Positions 1-12,289 of a stretch of 64,000 nt of DNA are shown here, in pieces (within the stretch, counting starts at the first letter, position 1; every line of letters starts with the position of its first letter). The translations under genes and the position numbers were made by a program. The notes under the pieces are model-generated. The model worked only from the letters and a program-made list of their open reading frames with translations. It was not told where the DNA came from and made no database searches. The DNA comes from Chiloscyllium plagiosum (Eukaryota), in assembly GCF_004010195.1 (NCBI RefSeq), contig NC_057720.1:15007939-15071938 (forward strand), written 5' to 3'.

Positions 1-360
1 GGCCTACTCCTGTTCTTTTTTTTATGATCTTATCGTCTTAAACAGGGTAAACGCAGGAAGGATGTTTCTGTTGACCAGGGAATCCAGAACCAGAGGTCAC
101 ATTTTAAGGATACAGTTTTTTGTACTGAAGTGATGAGAAATATCTTCGCCCAGAGTGTGGTGAGATTATGGAGTTCTCTGCTGCAGAAAACAGTTGAGGC
201 CGAAACATTGAATGTTTTCAGGAAGAAGCTACCTATAGTCCTTTGGGTTTGGGGGGAATAAAAAAACATGGGCAAAGGAATAAGGTATTGATTTGGATAT
301 TGAATGGTGGTGCAGGATCGAAGGGCAGATTAACTTACTCCTGCTTCTATTTGCCATGCT
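1..360 (+). mobile_element. CR1-type LINE 3' remnant
   Basis: Similar to the other CR1 3' ends in the window (gttgaggcc.aaacattgaatgtttt, as at about 57890). Confidence 0.6.
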
Positions 361-1579
361 TCTAAGAAAGTTGAAGGTGGTGGATGGGGTGCCAGTCAAG
401 CAGGTTCCTTTGTTCTCAATCATTTCCAACTTCTCAAGTGTTGGAGTTGCACCCATCCAGGCAAGTGGGGAGTATTCCACCAATTTCCTGACTTGTGCAT
501 TGGTGGCCAGGCTTTGGGGAGTTAGGTGGAGAGTTACTTATCATAATTATCACATGTCCAATATCAATTGCAGTCCAGGGTAAGTACAGATGAGACTGAG
601 AATTTTAAAGTATCATCCTCACTGACACTAAATTTGTGATATGTGTCTTTGAATGGAAAATAGGACGAGATTTAGCTTGTTGAGCCTGTTAAACTGGCCA
701 ATCATGACGAGCCTGTGACTCGCTTCATATGCTTTCTGTTCTACATATCTCTTTGCATAGCAAAACTCTAACAATGCCAGGCTTAAAAAGTTCTAGTTGA
801 TCTCGTAACCATTGCTGCTTCACAAGCAAGTTCCAAATTTCTACCCCCTTTGTAGAAGTGTTTTCTCATTTCACTCCTGAAAGTTGGTCTCAGATACTTA
901 GGCTACATCATGTCCCACACTCCTCAAGGATTTGGAAATAATTTCTTACGATCAACCTTGTCTGTTCCCCTTAATATCTTGATCTTTTACTCCTCTAAAG
1001 TTAAGATAATGCTTCGTGCAGCTTCTGTCTGTGTGTTAACACTTTTAGTCTGGGTTTCATTCTGATAAAAGTGATGCTGCATTCCTTCTTAATCCAAAAC
1101 ATCCTTCCACTTGATGCCCACTAGTACACATGGTAATTTTAATCGCATTTATACAACTCTTGAGGAAACTTTAAAACGCTTCCTTGATTGTTGGATCTTA
1201 ATATGCCTAATGAATGATGCAAAGGTAAAAATGACTAAAATATCATTTTCCCATTTATCCCATCAGACCTGCTCCAGTTCCATTAGCTAGTGCCAATCTC
1301 CTGCCCTTCTCCCTGTGAACCATTTCTATTCTAATATCATAGAGTGTCCCCCTTAAGTGCATCAATTGAACCTGCCCTCCACCACATTTTAGATCAAGCA
1401 TTGAACCAAGGCCCCATTTGTCTCCTCATGTTGACGTAAAAGATCATACAAAGTTATTTAAAGAGCAGGGCAAATCTCCTTAACATATATTATTTTTTTA
1501 AAATACAGAGTTGCTTCTCAGTGTGTGGGAGCTTGCTGTGCCACTTTTCCTGAATTGTAAATACACTTCAGTAGTACAT

Positions 1580-1870
1580 TATAGAATCCCTACCATGTGG
1601 TAGCAAGCATCAGCCCATCACGCCCACAGAGACCCTCTGAACAAGATTCATTCCATCCAGACCCACCCTATATTTCCCATGGCTAATCCACTCAGCCTAT
1701 GGGCAACTTAGTGTGGCCAATTCACCCAACCTGCACATCTTTAGACTATTGGAGGAAATACCACACAGACACGGGGAGGGTGTGCAAACAGACATCTGCC
1801 TAAGGCTGGAATTGAACTCAGATGCCTGGTGCTGTGAGGCAGCAGTGCTAAATACTGAGCCATCATGCTA
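1580..1870 (-). mobile_element. HE1-like V-SINE
   Basis: Reverse-complement similarity to 16895-17217. Confidence 0.8.
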
Positions 1871-2693
1871 ACCCAAATTTTTTTTGCCTAATTTTCTACT
1901 TTTGTGTGCATTCTAATAAATTTATTTCATTCTCTTTTCATGATTTTCATGATTTTATTTTTGCTTTCTTAAACAGTTGAAAAGGTATTAAGTGAACAAA
2001 AAAATCTAGGAAGTTTCCATTTTACTATTTCAATTTCATTTTATTTCTCTTGACTTCAGTCAAGTTTGACACATGGTATGTTGCTGGACATGACAAAGAT
2101 TCATACCCAGGGACCTGTTCTCTGCAAAGAAAAGGATTGCGTTCAAATCTTGTGCCAGTTTTGTATTTCCTGGGATCCCAAGGGGCCTATAATTTCCTAT
2201 TGTTTTCTCCAAGGCAATGCCTCAGCCAATCAGAAACTATTTGCCAACCAATCAGAATTCCGTTTTCTCAAATGGTACAAATTGTTGTGCTGATTTGAAA
2301 CTGGGCAGTCTTGCTTTTGTCCTGTTGAGTGCAAAGCAAAAGAACTTTGCTATTATGTCTGTCTTTTTAGCAGTGCTCAAATTCTGCACTGCCAGTAGCC
2401 CTAACATGCTCTGAAATGCCTGTGGTTATAGAAAATGAAGATAGGAGCAGGAGGAGGCCATTTGGCCCTTCGAGCCTGCCCCGTCACTCATCACGATCAT
2501 GGCTGATTGTCCAACTCAATAGCCTAATCATGCTTTCTCCCTGTAACCTTTGATCCCAATTGAAAATGAATTTGTTCATTGGAAATGAATTCCCTTTATC
2601 TAACATATCCATTTCCTTAAGATATCAAAGTTTTGAAGGATTTTATTGGGTAAAAAATATTTCCACTAACAAGGGAGTCTGTAACCAGAGGAG

Positions 2694-2915
2694 GAGAAAG
2701 TGAGGTCTGCAGATGCTGGAGATCAAAGTTGAAACTTTATTGCTGGAACAGCACAGCAGGTCAGGCAGCATCCAGGGAACAGGAGATTCGACGTTTTGGG
2801 CACAGGCCCTTCTTCAGGCCCTTCTCCTGAAGAAGGGCCTGTGCCCGAAACGTCGAATCTCCTGTTCCCTGGATGCTGCCTGACCTGCTGTGCTGTTCCA
2901 GCAATAAAGTTTCAA
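2694..2915. mobile_element. Palindromic non-autonomous PLE pLTR derivative (family A)
   Basis: Inverted arms of about 90 bp (2727-2818 and 2826-2917). 15-bp TSD ctgtaaccagaggag at 2679-2693 and 2916-2930. HHR core CTGAAGA...GAAACGTC on + starting at 2827. Confidence 0.85.
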
Positions 2916-4314
2916 CTGTAACCAGAGGAGACAGACTTAAGATACTGAGAAAACAAACAAGATGGAAATGAGGAGCTATTTATTTATGTAGCAAATTGAT
3001 CAGGAATGTACTGCTTAAAAGGGCAGTGGGAAGAGAATCAATAACTTTCTAAAGAGAATTGTATAAATGCTAAAAATAAAACTAAAATTGCAGGAGTGTG
3101 GGAAACTTGCTGGAGATTGGGACAAGCAGAGAAGAGGGAGGGCTTGATTGGGTAGATGCAGGAAGGCTGTGGAATATAGAACCAGAGGATATGGTCTCAG
3201 AATACGGCACAGGTCATGTAGGACTGAGATGAAGAGGCACTTCTTCATGCGGAGTGATGAATCTTTGGAATTCACCATGAAATAACCTAGAGGTGCAGGC
3301 ATTGAGTATGTTCAAGACAGGTTTTTAGATTTTTACAGATTAAAACAATCAAATGACACAGGGATGTTTGGGGTGCGGAAAGGCTTTGAAATGGAAGAAC
3401 AGCCAAGTTGAATGGTGGAGCAGGTTCCAGTGTCTAAATGAACTATGTCTTCTGCTATTTCCTACATGCCTGCATTTCAAAGCAGAATACAGCAGAGCAA
3501 GTTATTTTGTAGTCATCATCATTACATTATAGGCGAATGTGGCAGTCAATCTATGTATGCCAAGATCTCACTGACATTAAAGCTTTTGGTGATGTTGATT
3601 GAGAAATGGGTATATGAATAGGAAGGGTTTGGAGGGATATGGGCCGGGTGCTGGCAGGTGGGATTAGATTAGGTTGGGATATCTGGTCGGCATGGACAGG
3701 TTGGATGAAAGAATCTGTTTCCATGCTCTACATCTCTATAACTCTATTGGACGAGACAATGAGTTAATCCAAATGGTGCGACNNNNNNNNNNNNNNNNNN
3801 NNNNNNNNNNNNNNNNNNNNNNNNNNNNNNNNNNNNNNNNNNNNNNNNNNNNNNNNNNNNNNNNNNNNNNNNNNNNNNNNNNNNNNNNNNNNNNNNNNNN
3901 NNNNNNNNNNNNNNNNNNNNNNNNNNNNNNNNNNNNNNNNNNNNNNNNNNNNNNNNNNNNNNNNNNNNNNNNNNNNNNNNNNNNNNNNNNNNNNNNNNNN
4001 NNNNNNNNNNNNNNNNNNNNNNNNNNNNNNNNNNNNNNNNNNNNNNNNNNNNNNNNNNNNNNNNNNNNNNNNNNNNNNNNNNNNNNNNNNNNNNNNNNNN
4101 NNNNNNNNNNNNNNNNNNNNNNNNNNNNNNNNNNNNNNNNNNNNNNNNNNNNNNNNNNNNNNNNNNNNNNNNNNNNNNNNNNNNNNNNNNNNNNNNNNNN
4201 NNNNNNNNNNNNNNNNNNNNNNNNNNNNNNNNNNNNNNNNNNNNNNNNNNNNNNNNNNNNNNNNNNNNNNNNNNNNNNNNNNACTGTGCCACCATGCCGC
4301 CCACAACTTCAGGT

Positions 4315-4425
4315 ATTTTCAAATCAACCTGTTCCGAAATATAATTACACCGCTCTGGGGCAGGTGGGACTTGAACCCAGGCCTCCCCTTTCAGAAGTAG
4401 GGCCACTACCATCGTGACACAACAG
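4315..4425 (-). mobile_element. Third short tRNA-like SINE family; also at about 46286-46745 (split by HE1), 46765-46858 and possibly 19870 and 48940
   Basis: Minus strand atggtagtggccctac...gggttcaagtcccacctgccccag...aacaggttgattt; B box present. Confidence 0.5.
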
Positions 4426-5928
4426 TGCCACAAGTAAGGGCTGTCAGTACTCACTCAAATAGTGCCTTTCAGCTGTATATAGAACATTACACAGCAGCTG
4501 TGGTCATCTCTTATTGCAGCAGCTACAGAGTATCCTTAAAAATTGATTCAGTGGATCTGGGTGGGTTGTTCTTTGGCGGGTCGGTGTGGATTTGTTGGGC
4601 CAAATGGCCTGTTTCCACACTGTAGGAAATCTAATCTAATCTAAAAATTACAGCGCAGTACAGGCCCTTCGGCCCTCGATGTTGCGCCGACCTGAGAAAC
4701 CAATCTGAACAACACAATTAGGTCTTGACAACACAAGTAACATATCATTAATAAGGATTAATAGGCTTTGCAATTCAGGATTTTCGAAGGAACACAGGCT
4801 TTGTATTGGAATATTGCATTGATTGTCTAGTTGTCAGGAAATATTCTGTGATGGATGATCCACAGAACCTCTGATCTCATGTCAGGGAAGGGAGCAGGAG
4901 TGGGCTGAGATGAACACAAGTAAAAGAATGAATAAAGTTAGGTTGTTCCCTAACTAATCGTGACCAGCCTGCTTTGGAATGCCACAGAATGTCTTGGCCT
5001 ACGCTTTGTAGCTGGGGAATGAGGATCATTTGAATAAAAGGTTAACTTAAATATATTAAAGGGAATGCTGATATTTCCATTCAGTTCTTTGATGAAGCTC
5101 TTCGTAGGGCTATAAGATGACTCACCTTTTCACTCCTGACATTGAGCAAGAGGAATTGGAAATCATTTGGGCAACCTGTCCATCTAAAAATCTTCTTTAT
5201 CTCCTACTTTTATTCCCACAGTGAGAAATGTGTTCGGGCAGGATCAGTTCAACCCCAGTGTAACTTGCAGCACAAAGTTATCCACAATTCTGTACAAAAA
5301 AAGTGTTCAACTTTATTCAAAATCCCGAAGTTGTTGAAACAGAAAAGGAATGTTAAAAAATAAACTGGATCCATGTCCTAATGAATTAGTAACCTCAAAG
5401 GTACAGAACACGGAGAGTTTTTTTCTGGTCTGTGTCTGAGGCAAAGATGGTTTCCAAACTGAAAACATGGAGGGCTGCATTTTAAAATGTTTTGGCTAAA
5501 TCTGAGTTATCTTATGTTTTTTGGAGGGATTTTCAGAGTCAGTCATTCAGCACAGAAAAGTCTGCACCAGTAATGACTACCACTAAAGGCACGCTAATCC
5601 CAATTTCCTTGGGAAGTAACAAATGATGTATTCATTTTTTTCCTGCCATATCTTACCAAATTCCCCACATTAACTGTTCTACTCTGTCCCATGACATCCC
5701 TCAAGTCAGATTCCACATGCTATTCCCAGAACAACTCGCCGCTCACCATAGATCCCACAGCATCCCTTGACCCTGCACCATCTTCTGCCAATTTGCAGCC
5801 GGACAGAGGGTTGGCAATCTGGCATTGCCCCTCACTGAAGCTATGCTGCCCATGGCTTATTGGCTGACACCTGTTGACCAGTACAGTCCTATTCTCTCAC
5901 TGTCTAAGCACCACGTCACATGCATTAC

Positions 5929-6048
5929 CTGATCATTACCATTCATCAGATTCCTGATGAAGGGCTTTGGCCCGAAACGTCAATTTTCCTGCTCTTCGGA
6001 TGCTGCCTGACCTGCTGTGCTTTTTCAGCACTACTCAAATCTTGGCCC
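5929..6048 (+). mobile_element. PLE family A pLTR fragment with HHR core
   Basis: Contains ttcCTGATGAagggctttggcccGAAACGTC. 12-bp duplication cacatgcattac at 5917-5928 and 6049-6060. Confidence 0.75.
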
Positions 6049-6456
6049 CACATGCATTACTTGCCTGTAGCTGCATCCTGTTTACACACTCTCCAAGTCA
6101 TCATTAACCTATTCCCAAAGCCCATCCTATTCCTAGAGCTTGTCATTGCCCAAGAACATCAAGTACAGGCAAGAAATTGGACAATTCCGAGGATGAGCTG
6201 TTATTTACAGATTGCAAAAGCAAATGCAAGCAAAACCAATAAAAGCTGAAGTTTATCCTCACTATACAAATCAGAATTTGGCTTCATGACAAACAATTCT
6301 TTTACAGTCAGTTCCCTGCACTACTGAGTATTGGTTCCAGGTATTTGGTTCAATGAATGTGCAGTGTATTTGCTGTGCAGAGCTAGATGTCTCACTATGC
6401 CATACACCAAGAGATCCCCTACTTCCGGACTATCTGGAGTCTGGGTAATCCAAGAT

Positions 6457-6960
6457 GGAGGAGAAAGTGAGGACTGCAGATGCTGGAGATCAGAGCTGAA
6501 AATGTGTTGCTGGAAAAGCGCAGCAGGTCAGGCAGCATCCAAGGAAAGGGAGAATCGACGTTTCGGGCATAAGCCCTTCTTCAGGAATGAGGAAAGTGTG
6601 TCCANNNNNNNNNNNNNNNNNNNNNNNNNNNNNNNNNNNNNNNNNNNNNNNNNNNNNNNNNNNNNNNNNNNNNNNNNNNNNNNNNNNNNNNNNNNNNNNN
6701 NNNNNNNNNNNNNNNNNNNNNTTGGCTGAGACAAGGTGGGGGGAGGGGAAATGAGGAAACTGGAGAAATCTGAGTTCATCCCTTGTGGTTGGAGGGTTCC
6801 CAGGCAGAAGATGAGGCGCTCTTCCTCCAACCGTCGTGTTGCCATGGTCTGGCGATGGAGGAGACCAAGGACCTGCATGTACTTGGTGGAGTGGGAGGGG
6901 GAGTTAAAGTGTTGGGCTACGGGGTGGTTGGGTTGGTTGGTCCGGGTGTCCCAGAGGTGT
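6457..6960 (-). mobile_element. Penelope-like retroelement 3' end: GIY-YIG endonuclease C-terminus (Neptune-like) plus family A pLTR, spanning an N-gap
   Basis: Minus strand reads HLWDTRTNQPNHPVAQHFNSPSHS..MQVLGLLHRQTMATRRLEEERLIFCLGTLQPQGMN. Beyond the gap is the family A terminal repeat with an HHR core at 6552-6589. Confidence 0.8.
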
Positions 6961-7510
6961 TGAAGGGAAAAATTTCTCTCTGTAACAGGCTGCTCCTTTT
7001 CTGAGGTATTTTAGGTGTTGGAGGTGACTTCCTTGAATTCCAGGAGCAGCAATTACTGTTTTACATGCTGTTGCGTTGTTTTGGAACTTTGGAGAAAAAG
7101 AAAGTCAAAACAACAGCACTTTTAAAAGGGAGAAGAATGGACAAAGGAAGCTCATGGTGAGGTCTGTGCAGGAGAGAGAGAGAGAGAAAGAAACCCACAT
7201 TGCTAACTTACAGAGTTAGCAGTTACTGCCTTTGCTGTTGAATTCATGTATCGCTGGACATTGGAGTGCATCTAGGAAAATTAAAAACAGTGAAATTCAC
7301 AATTGACCTTGGAGGAACCTGCTTGGGAGAGGTCACAAGCCAGAAACAGATATGGGAATATTTTAAGTCTGGTCTTACAGTGAGTCTGCTCTTTCTTGAT
7401 TATATGTTATATTGAGATATGTCTTTTAATTAAACTTCAAAATGTAAGCCATAAGTATTAGGTTAGCCTGGAGCAGTGTTTTGTAGAGGAATAAGACAGT
7501 GCTATTTTCT

Positions 7511-10390
7511 GGGTGGGGGTGGGGGGAACCCAGGGAGATAGTGAGGAAAGAGATCAAGCTGAAACTGGTACAGTTGAGAACAGAAGCAAGTCAAACAGTC
7601 AGGGCAGGCAGGGACAAAGCAGAGGACAACATAGTACAGATAAATTAAACTGCATTTATTTCAATGCAAGGGGCCTAACAGGGAAGGCAGATGAACTCAG
7701 GGCATGGTTAGGAAGATGGGACTGGGATATCATTAGCAATTGCGGAAACATGGCTCTGGGATGGGCAGGACTGGCAGCTTAATGTTCCAGGATACAATTG
7801 CTACAGGAAGGATAGAAAGGGAGGTGAGAGAGTGGTGTTTTTGATAAGGATTAGCATTACAGCTGTGCTGAGGGAAGATATTCCTGGAAATACATTCAGG
7901 GAAATTAGTTTGGTTGAACTGAGAAATAAGAAAGGGATGATCACCTTATTGGGATTGTATTATAGACCCCCCAATAGTCAGAGGGAAATTGAGAAACAAA
8001 TTTGTAAGGAGATCTCAGCTATCTGTAAGAATAATAGAGCAATTATGCTAGGGGATTTTAACTTTCCAAATATAGACTGGGACTGCCATAGTGTTAAGGG
8101 TTTAGATGGAGAGGAATTTGTTAAGTGTGTACAAGAAATTTTCTGATTCAATATGTGTGGATGTATCAACTAAAGAAGGTGCAAAACTTGACCTACTCTT
8201 GGGAAATAAGGCAGGGAAGGTGACTGAGGTGTCAGTGGGGGAGCACTTTGGGGCCAGCAACCATAATTGTATTAGTTTCAAAATAGTGATGGAAAAGGAT
8301 AGACCAGATCTAAAAGTTGAAGTTCTAAATTGGAGAAAGGCCAATTTTGACACTATTAGGCAAAAACTTTCAAAAGCTGATTGTGAGCAGATGTTCGCAG
8401 GTAAAGGGACGGCTGCAAAATGGGAAGCCTTCAGAAATGAGAAAATGAGAATCCAGAGAAAGTATATTCCTGTTAGAGTGAAAGGGAAGGCTGGTAGGTA
8501 TAGGGACTGCTGGATGACTAAGAAATTGAGGGTTTGATTAAGAAAAAGAAGGAAGCTTATGTAAGGTATAGACAAGATAGATTGAATGAATCCTGAGAAG
8601 ATTATAAAGGAAGTAGGAGTATACTTAAGAGGGAAATCAGGAGGGCAAAAAGGGGACATGAGATAGTTTTGGCTAATACAGTTAAGGAGAATCCAAAGGG
8701 TTTTTACAAATACATTAAGGACAAGAGTAACTAGGGAGAGAATAAGGCCCCTCAAAGATAAGCTAACTAGGGAGAGAATAAGGCCCCTCAAAGATAAGCA
8801 AGGTGGCCTTTGTGTGGAGCTGCAGGAGATGGGCTAGATAGTAAATGAATATTTTGCATCAGTATTCACTGTGGAAAAGGACATGGAAGNNNNNNNNNNN
8901 NNNNNNNNNNNNNNNNNNNNNNNNNNNNNNNNNNNNNNNNNNNNNNNNNNNNNNNNNNNNNNNNNNNNNNNNNNNNNNNNNNNNNNNNNNNNNNNNNNNN
9001 NNNNNNNNNNNNNNNNNNNNNNNNNNNNNNNNNNNNNNNNNNNNNNNNNNNNNNNNNNNNNNNNNNNNNNNNNNNNNNNNNNNNNNNNNNNNNNNNNNNN
9101 NNNNNNNNNNNNNNNNNNNNNNNNNNNNNNNNNNNNNNNNNNNNNNNNNNNNNNNNNNNNNNNNNNNNNNNNNNNNNNNNNNNNNNNNNNNNNNNNNNNN
9201 NNNNNNNNNNNNNNNNNNNNNNNNNNNNNNNNNNNNNNNNNNNNNNNNNNNNNNNNNNNNNNNNNNNNNNNNNNNNNNNNNNNNNNNNNNNNNNNNNNNN
9301 NNNNNNNNNNNNNNNNNNNNNNNNNNNNNNNNNNNNNNNNNAGGGTTGTTTTTCAGACTGGAGGCCTGTGACCAGTGGAGTGCCACAAGGGTCAGTGCTG
9401 GGTCCTCTACTTTTTGTCATTTATATAAATGATTTGGATGTGAGCATAAGAGGTATAGTTAGTAAGTTTGCAGATGACGCCATAATTGGATGTGTAGTGA
9501 GCAGCGAAGAGGGTTACCTCAGATTACAACAGGATCTGGACCAGATAGGCCAATGGGCTAAGAAGTGGCAGATGGAGTTTAATTCAGATAAATGCGAGGT
9601 GCTGAATTTTCAGAAAGCAAACCTTAGCAGGACTTATACACTTAATGGTAAGGTCCTGGGGAGTGTTGCTGAACAAAGAGACCTTGGAGTGCAGGTTCAT
9701 AACTCATTGAAAGTGGAGTCACAGGTAGATGGGATAGTGAAGAAGGTATTTGGTATGCTTTCCTTTATTGGTCAGAGTATTGAGTACAGGTGTTGAGAGG
9801 TCATGTTGTGGCTGCAAAGGACATTGGTTTGGCCACTGTTGGAATATTGCATGCAATTCTGGTCTCCTTCTTATTGAAAGAATGTTGTGAAACTTGAAAG
9901 GGTTCAGAAAAGATTTACAAGAATGTTGCCAGGGTTGGAGGATTTGAGCTATAGGGAGAGGTTGAACAGGCTGGGGCTGTTTTCCATGGAGCATCAGAGG
10001 CTGAGGGGTGACCTTATAGAGGTTTATAACATCATGAGGGGCATGGATAGGGTAAATAGACAAGGTCTTTTCCCTGGGGTCGGGGAGTCCAGAACTAGAG
10101 GACATAGGTTAAGGGTGAGAGGAGAAAGATATAAAAGAGACCTAAGGGGCAACCTTTTTCATGCAGAGGATGGTATGTGTATGGAATGAGCTGCCAGAGG
10201 AAGTGGTGGAGGCTGGTACAATTGCAACATTTAAAAGGTACGTGGATGGGTCTATGAATAGGAAGGGTTTGTAGGGATATGGGCTGAGTGCTGGCAGGTG
10301 GGATTAGATTGGGTTCGGATATTGGGTCAGCATAGACGGTTGGACCGAAGGGTCTGTTTCCATGCTATACATCTGTATGACTCTGTGACC
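7511..10390 (+). mobile_element. CR1-clade LINE (HER1-like), near-complete decayed ORF2 (APE endonuclease + RT), spanning an N-gap
   Basis: Motifs LNCIYFNARGL, YYRPPNS, LGDFNFPNIDW, TSGVPQGSVLGPLLF, SKFADD, LERVQKRFTRM. Frameshifts and stops present. 36-bp tandem duplication at 8728-8799. CR1-type 3' tail. Confidence 0.93.
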
Positions 10391-10876
10391 AAGTCTGTCT
10401 GTACTAACGAGCATATCAATAGGGGGCAGCAGTGATAGCCTGTAGCTCTGGCTGGAGCACCAACAGGCAAGGCTTGGATGAGATCAGCATGCAGGTGGGC
10501 ATGGGGTGAGCAAACACAATGAGGGCAAGTGAGAAATGCTGAGGTGCAGCCTGATCCAATCCTTGCAGTGGGTGTCTGTTTCTAAGCGCAAAGTGTGTGT
10601 GCACTGCGCAATGCCAGTCTAACAGGGTGCTTCAGAGATGCCACGATGGTCACTTATGTGGTCAGTAAATGTCGGTGCCAAAGCCCAGAGAAGAAGGGTG
10701 TGTGTGTGTGGTCAGTGCCAATACAACAGTGCCCTGACATGCAGTTTGGTCAGAAGCAATTCAAATCTCCTTTGGAGCAAGTGGTGAGCTGAATTTGCCA
10801 GGTGCCCACTCTGGGTTCCATGCCAGGTTTTCACAATGTCTGGTGTGTTTTATAAGAAGTAAAACTGAATATTAAT

Positions 10877-11057
10877 GACTAGGAGAAAGTGAGGTCTGCG
10901 GATGCTGGAGATCAGAGTCGAGAGTGTGGTGCTGGAAAAGCACAGCAGGTCAGGCAGCATCCGAGGAGCAGGAGAGTCAATGCCCAAAATGTTGACTTTC
11001 CTGCTCCTCAGATGCTGCCTGACCTGCCGTGCTTTTCCAGTGCCACACTTTTTGACC
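10877..11057. mobile_element. Palindromic PLE family A element, HHR region deleted
   Basis: Inverted arms. 12-bp TSD ctgaatattaat at 10865-10876 and 11058-11069. Confidence 0.8.
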
Positions 11058-11721
11058 CTGAATATTAATAAGGTGAGTTGGCTTGTTAACCAGGCATTTA
11101 ACAAGCAATAATCCCCTTTAATTGGCAACTCACCACTACCTCGTGAGAAACGTGGCGCTCCAGGTATAGAATATAAAAAAAGGCCTAGTGAGGCTGCTTG
11201 TGAAATGTACAAATGTCAAGACATGTCTCTAGTCAAATTCGAACACAATGCTGTCATATCCCATGTCATTCAGACCCTTATGAGATTTCACCTGGTGATG
11301 TTTCAATGCAACAAATTAACATCTAGGAAACTGAAGTCATTAGCTGATCAAGTAATACAAAGGGTGAACAGAAATTATCTGGTTAAAGACTCTTGCATTC
11401 TATGCTGTTTACCCATGTGGATGAGTGAAGAAATTAGGTTCATTTCTTGGCCTGTGCTAAAGTAACTCGTTTCAGCTCAGGAAATGATAGGGATGTTAAT
11501 TAGCTTCTTGGCTAGAATTGGAGTAAGAGGAGTTCAATTTACTGGTTTCTCACTCTGACCAATACCAAATGACCTTGCTGAAAGATGTGCATACCTGGTG
11601 GGCTTGCCTCTGATGTTTTTTCAATGAGTTGCCAACGTGGAAGAAGATTAGCTATGAATTATAAAACAAATTAATTAAGACTGCAGCATACAAGATCTGC
11701 TGTTGAACCTGAATCTTATTT

Positions 11722-11811
11722 AAAATGCTGGAGAACCTCAGCAGGTGTAGCAGCATCTGTGGAGAGAAAGCAGAATCAATGTTTTGAGTCCAGTGACCCT
11801 TCTTCAGAACT
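11722..11811 (-). mobile_element. PLE-like pLTR family B (older), degenerate HHR; further copies at about 44358-44448 and 55977-56085
   Basis: Minus strand ttCTGAAGAagggtcactggactcaaaac. Shares the gatgctgc..gacctgctg..ttccagc block with family A. Confidence 0.6.
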
Positions 11812-12289
11812 AAGACTTATTCCTGTGTGCAGCACTGAAACTGCGATGTAGAACATAGAACAATACAGCGCAGAACAGGCCCTTCGACCCTCAATATTGC
11901 GCCAACTAGATGATGCTGTGAGGGGACAGGAGAAGGCAAAAGCAGTAAAACATGTGAATGCGGTTTACTGATTTGATGCATCTTTGCTTACTTCAGTGTG
12001 GAAGCTCCAGTGTGTCCATGTCCAAATATTGCTCATTCTTTCCTCTGGGTAGCATCTTTAGGGCAAAAAGCAAGAGTTCATAATTCAGGCTGGTGTTCTT
12101 TTCTCAGATGTTAGAGTTGAGTAATTTTTTAAGGAAAATAGAGGCACACAAGTGTAGGCAGGAAAATAAAACAAAGAGAAAGCTGTCTGAGACTCTAGAA
12201 GACATGCATATTTAAATCGTAGATGGATTGATGGTGCAAGGCAGCTATGGATTACTTAGTATTTAGTTCAGAAATTCTTGACTGTTATG

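Noticed and set aside
2694..2915. Hairpin elements as DNA-transposon MITEs or pre-miRNAs
   Set aside because: Variable 11-17 bp TSDs, asymmetric arms and linkage to GIY-YIG ORFs indicate PLE origin. There is no evidence for miRNA processing from sequence alone.
6981..7510. Possible LTR fragment starting tgtaac
   Set aside because: No matching CA end or TSD could be identified.
3674..9432. Long ORFs containing X runs
   Set aside because: They span assembly N-gaps (3783-4282, 6605-6721, 8890-9341).
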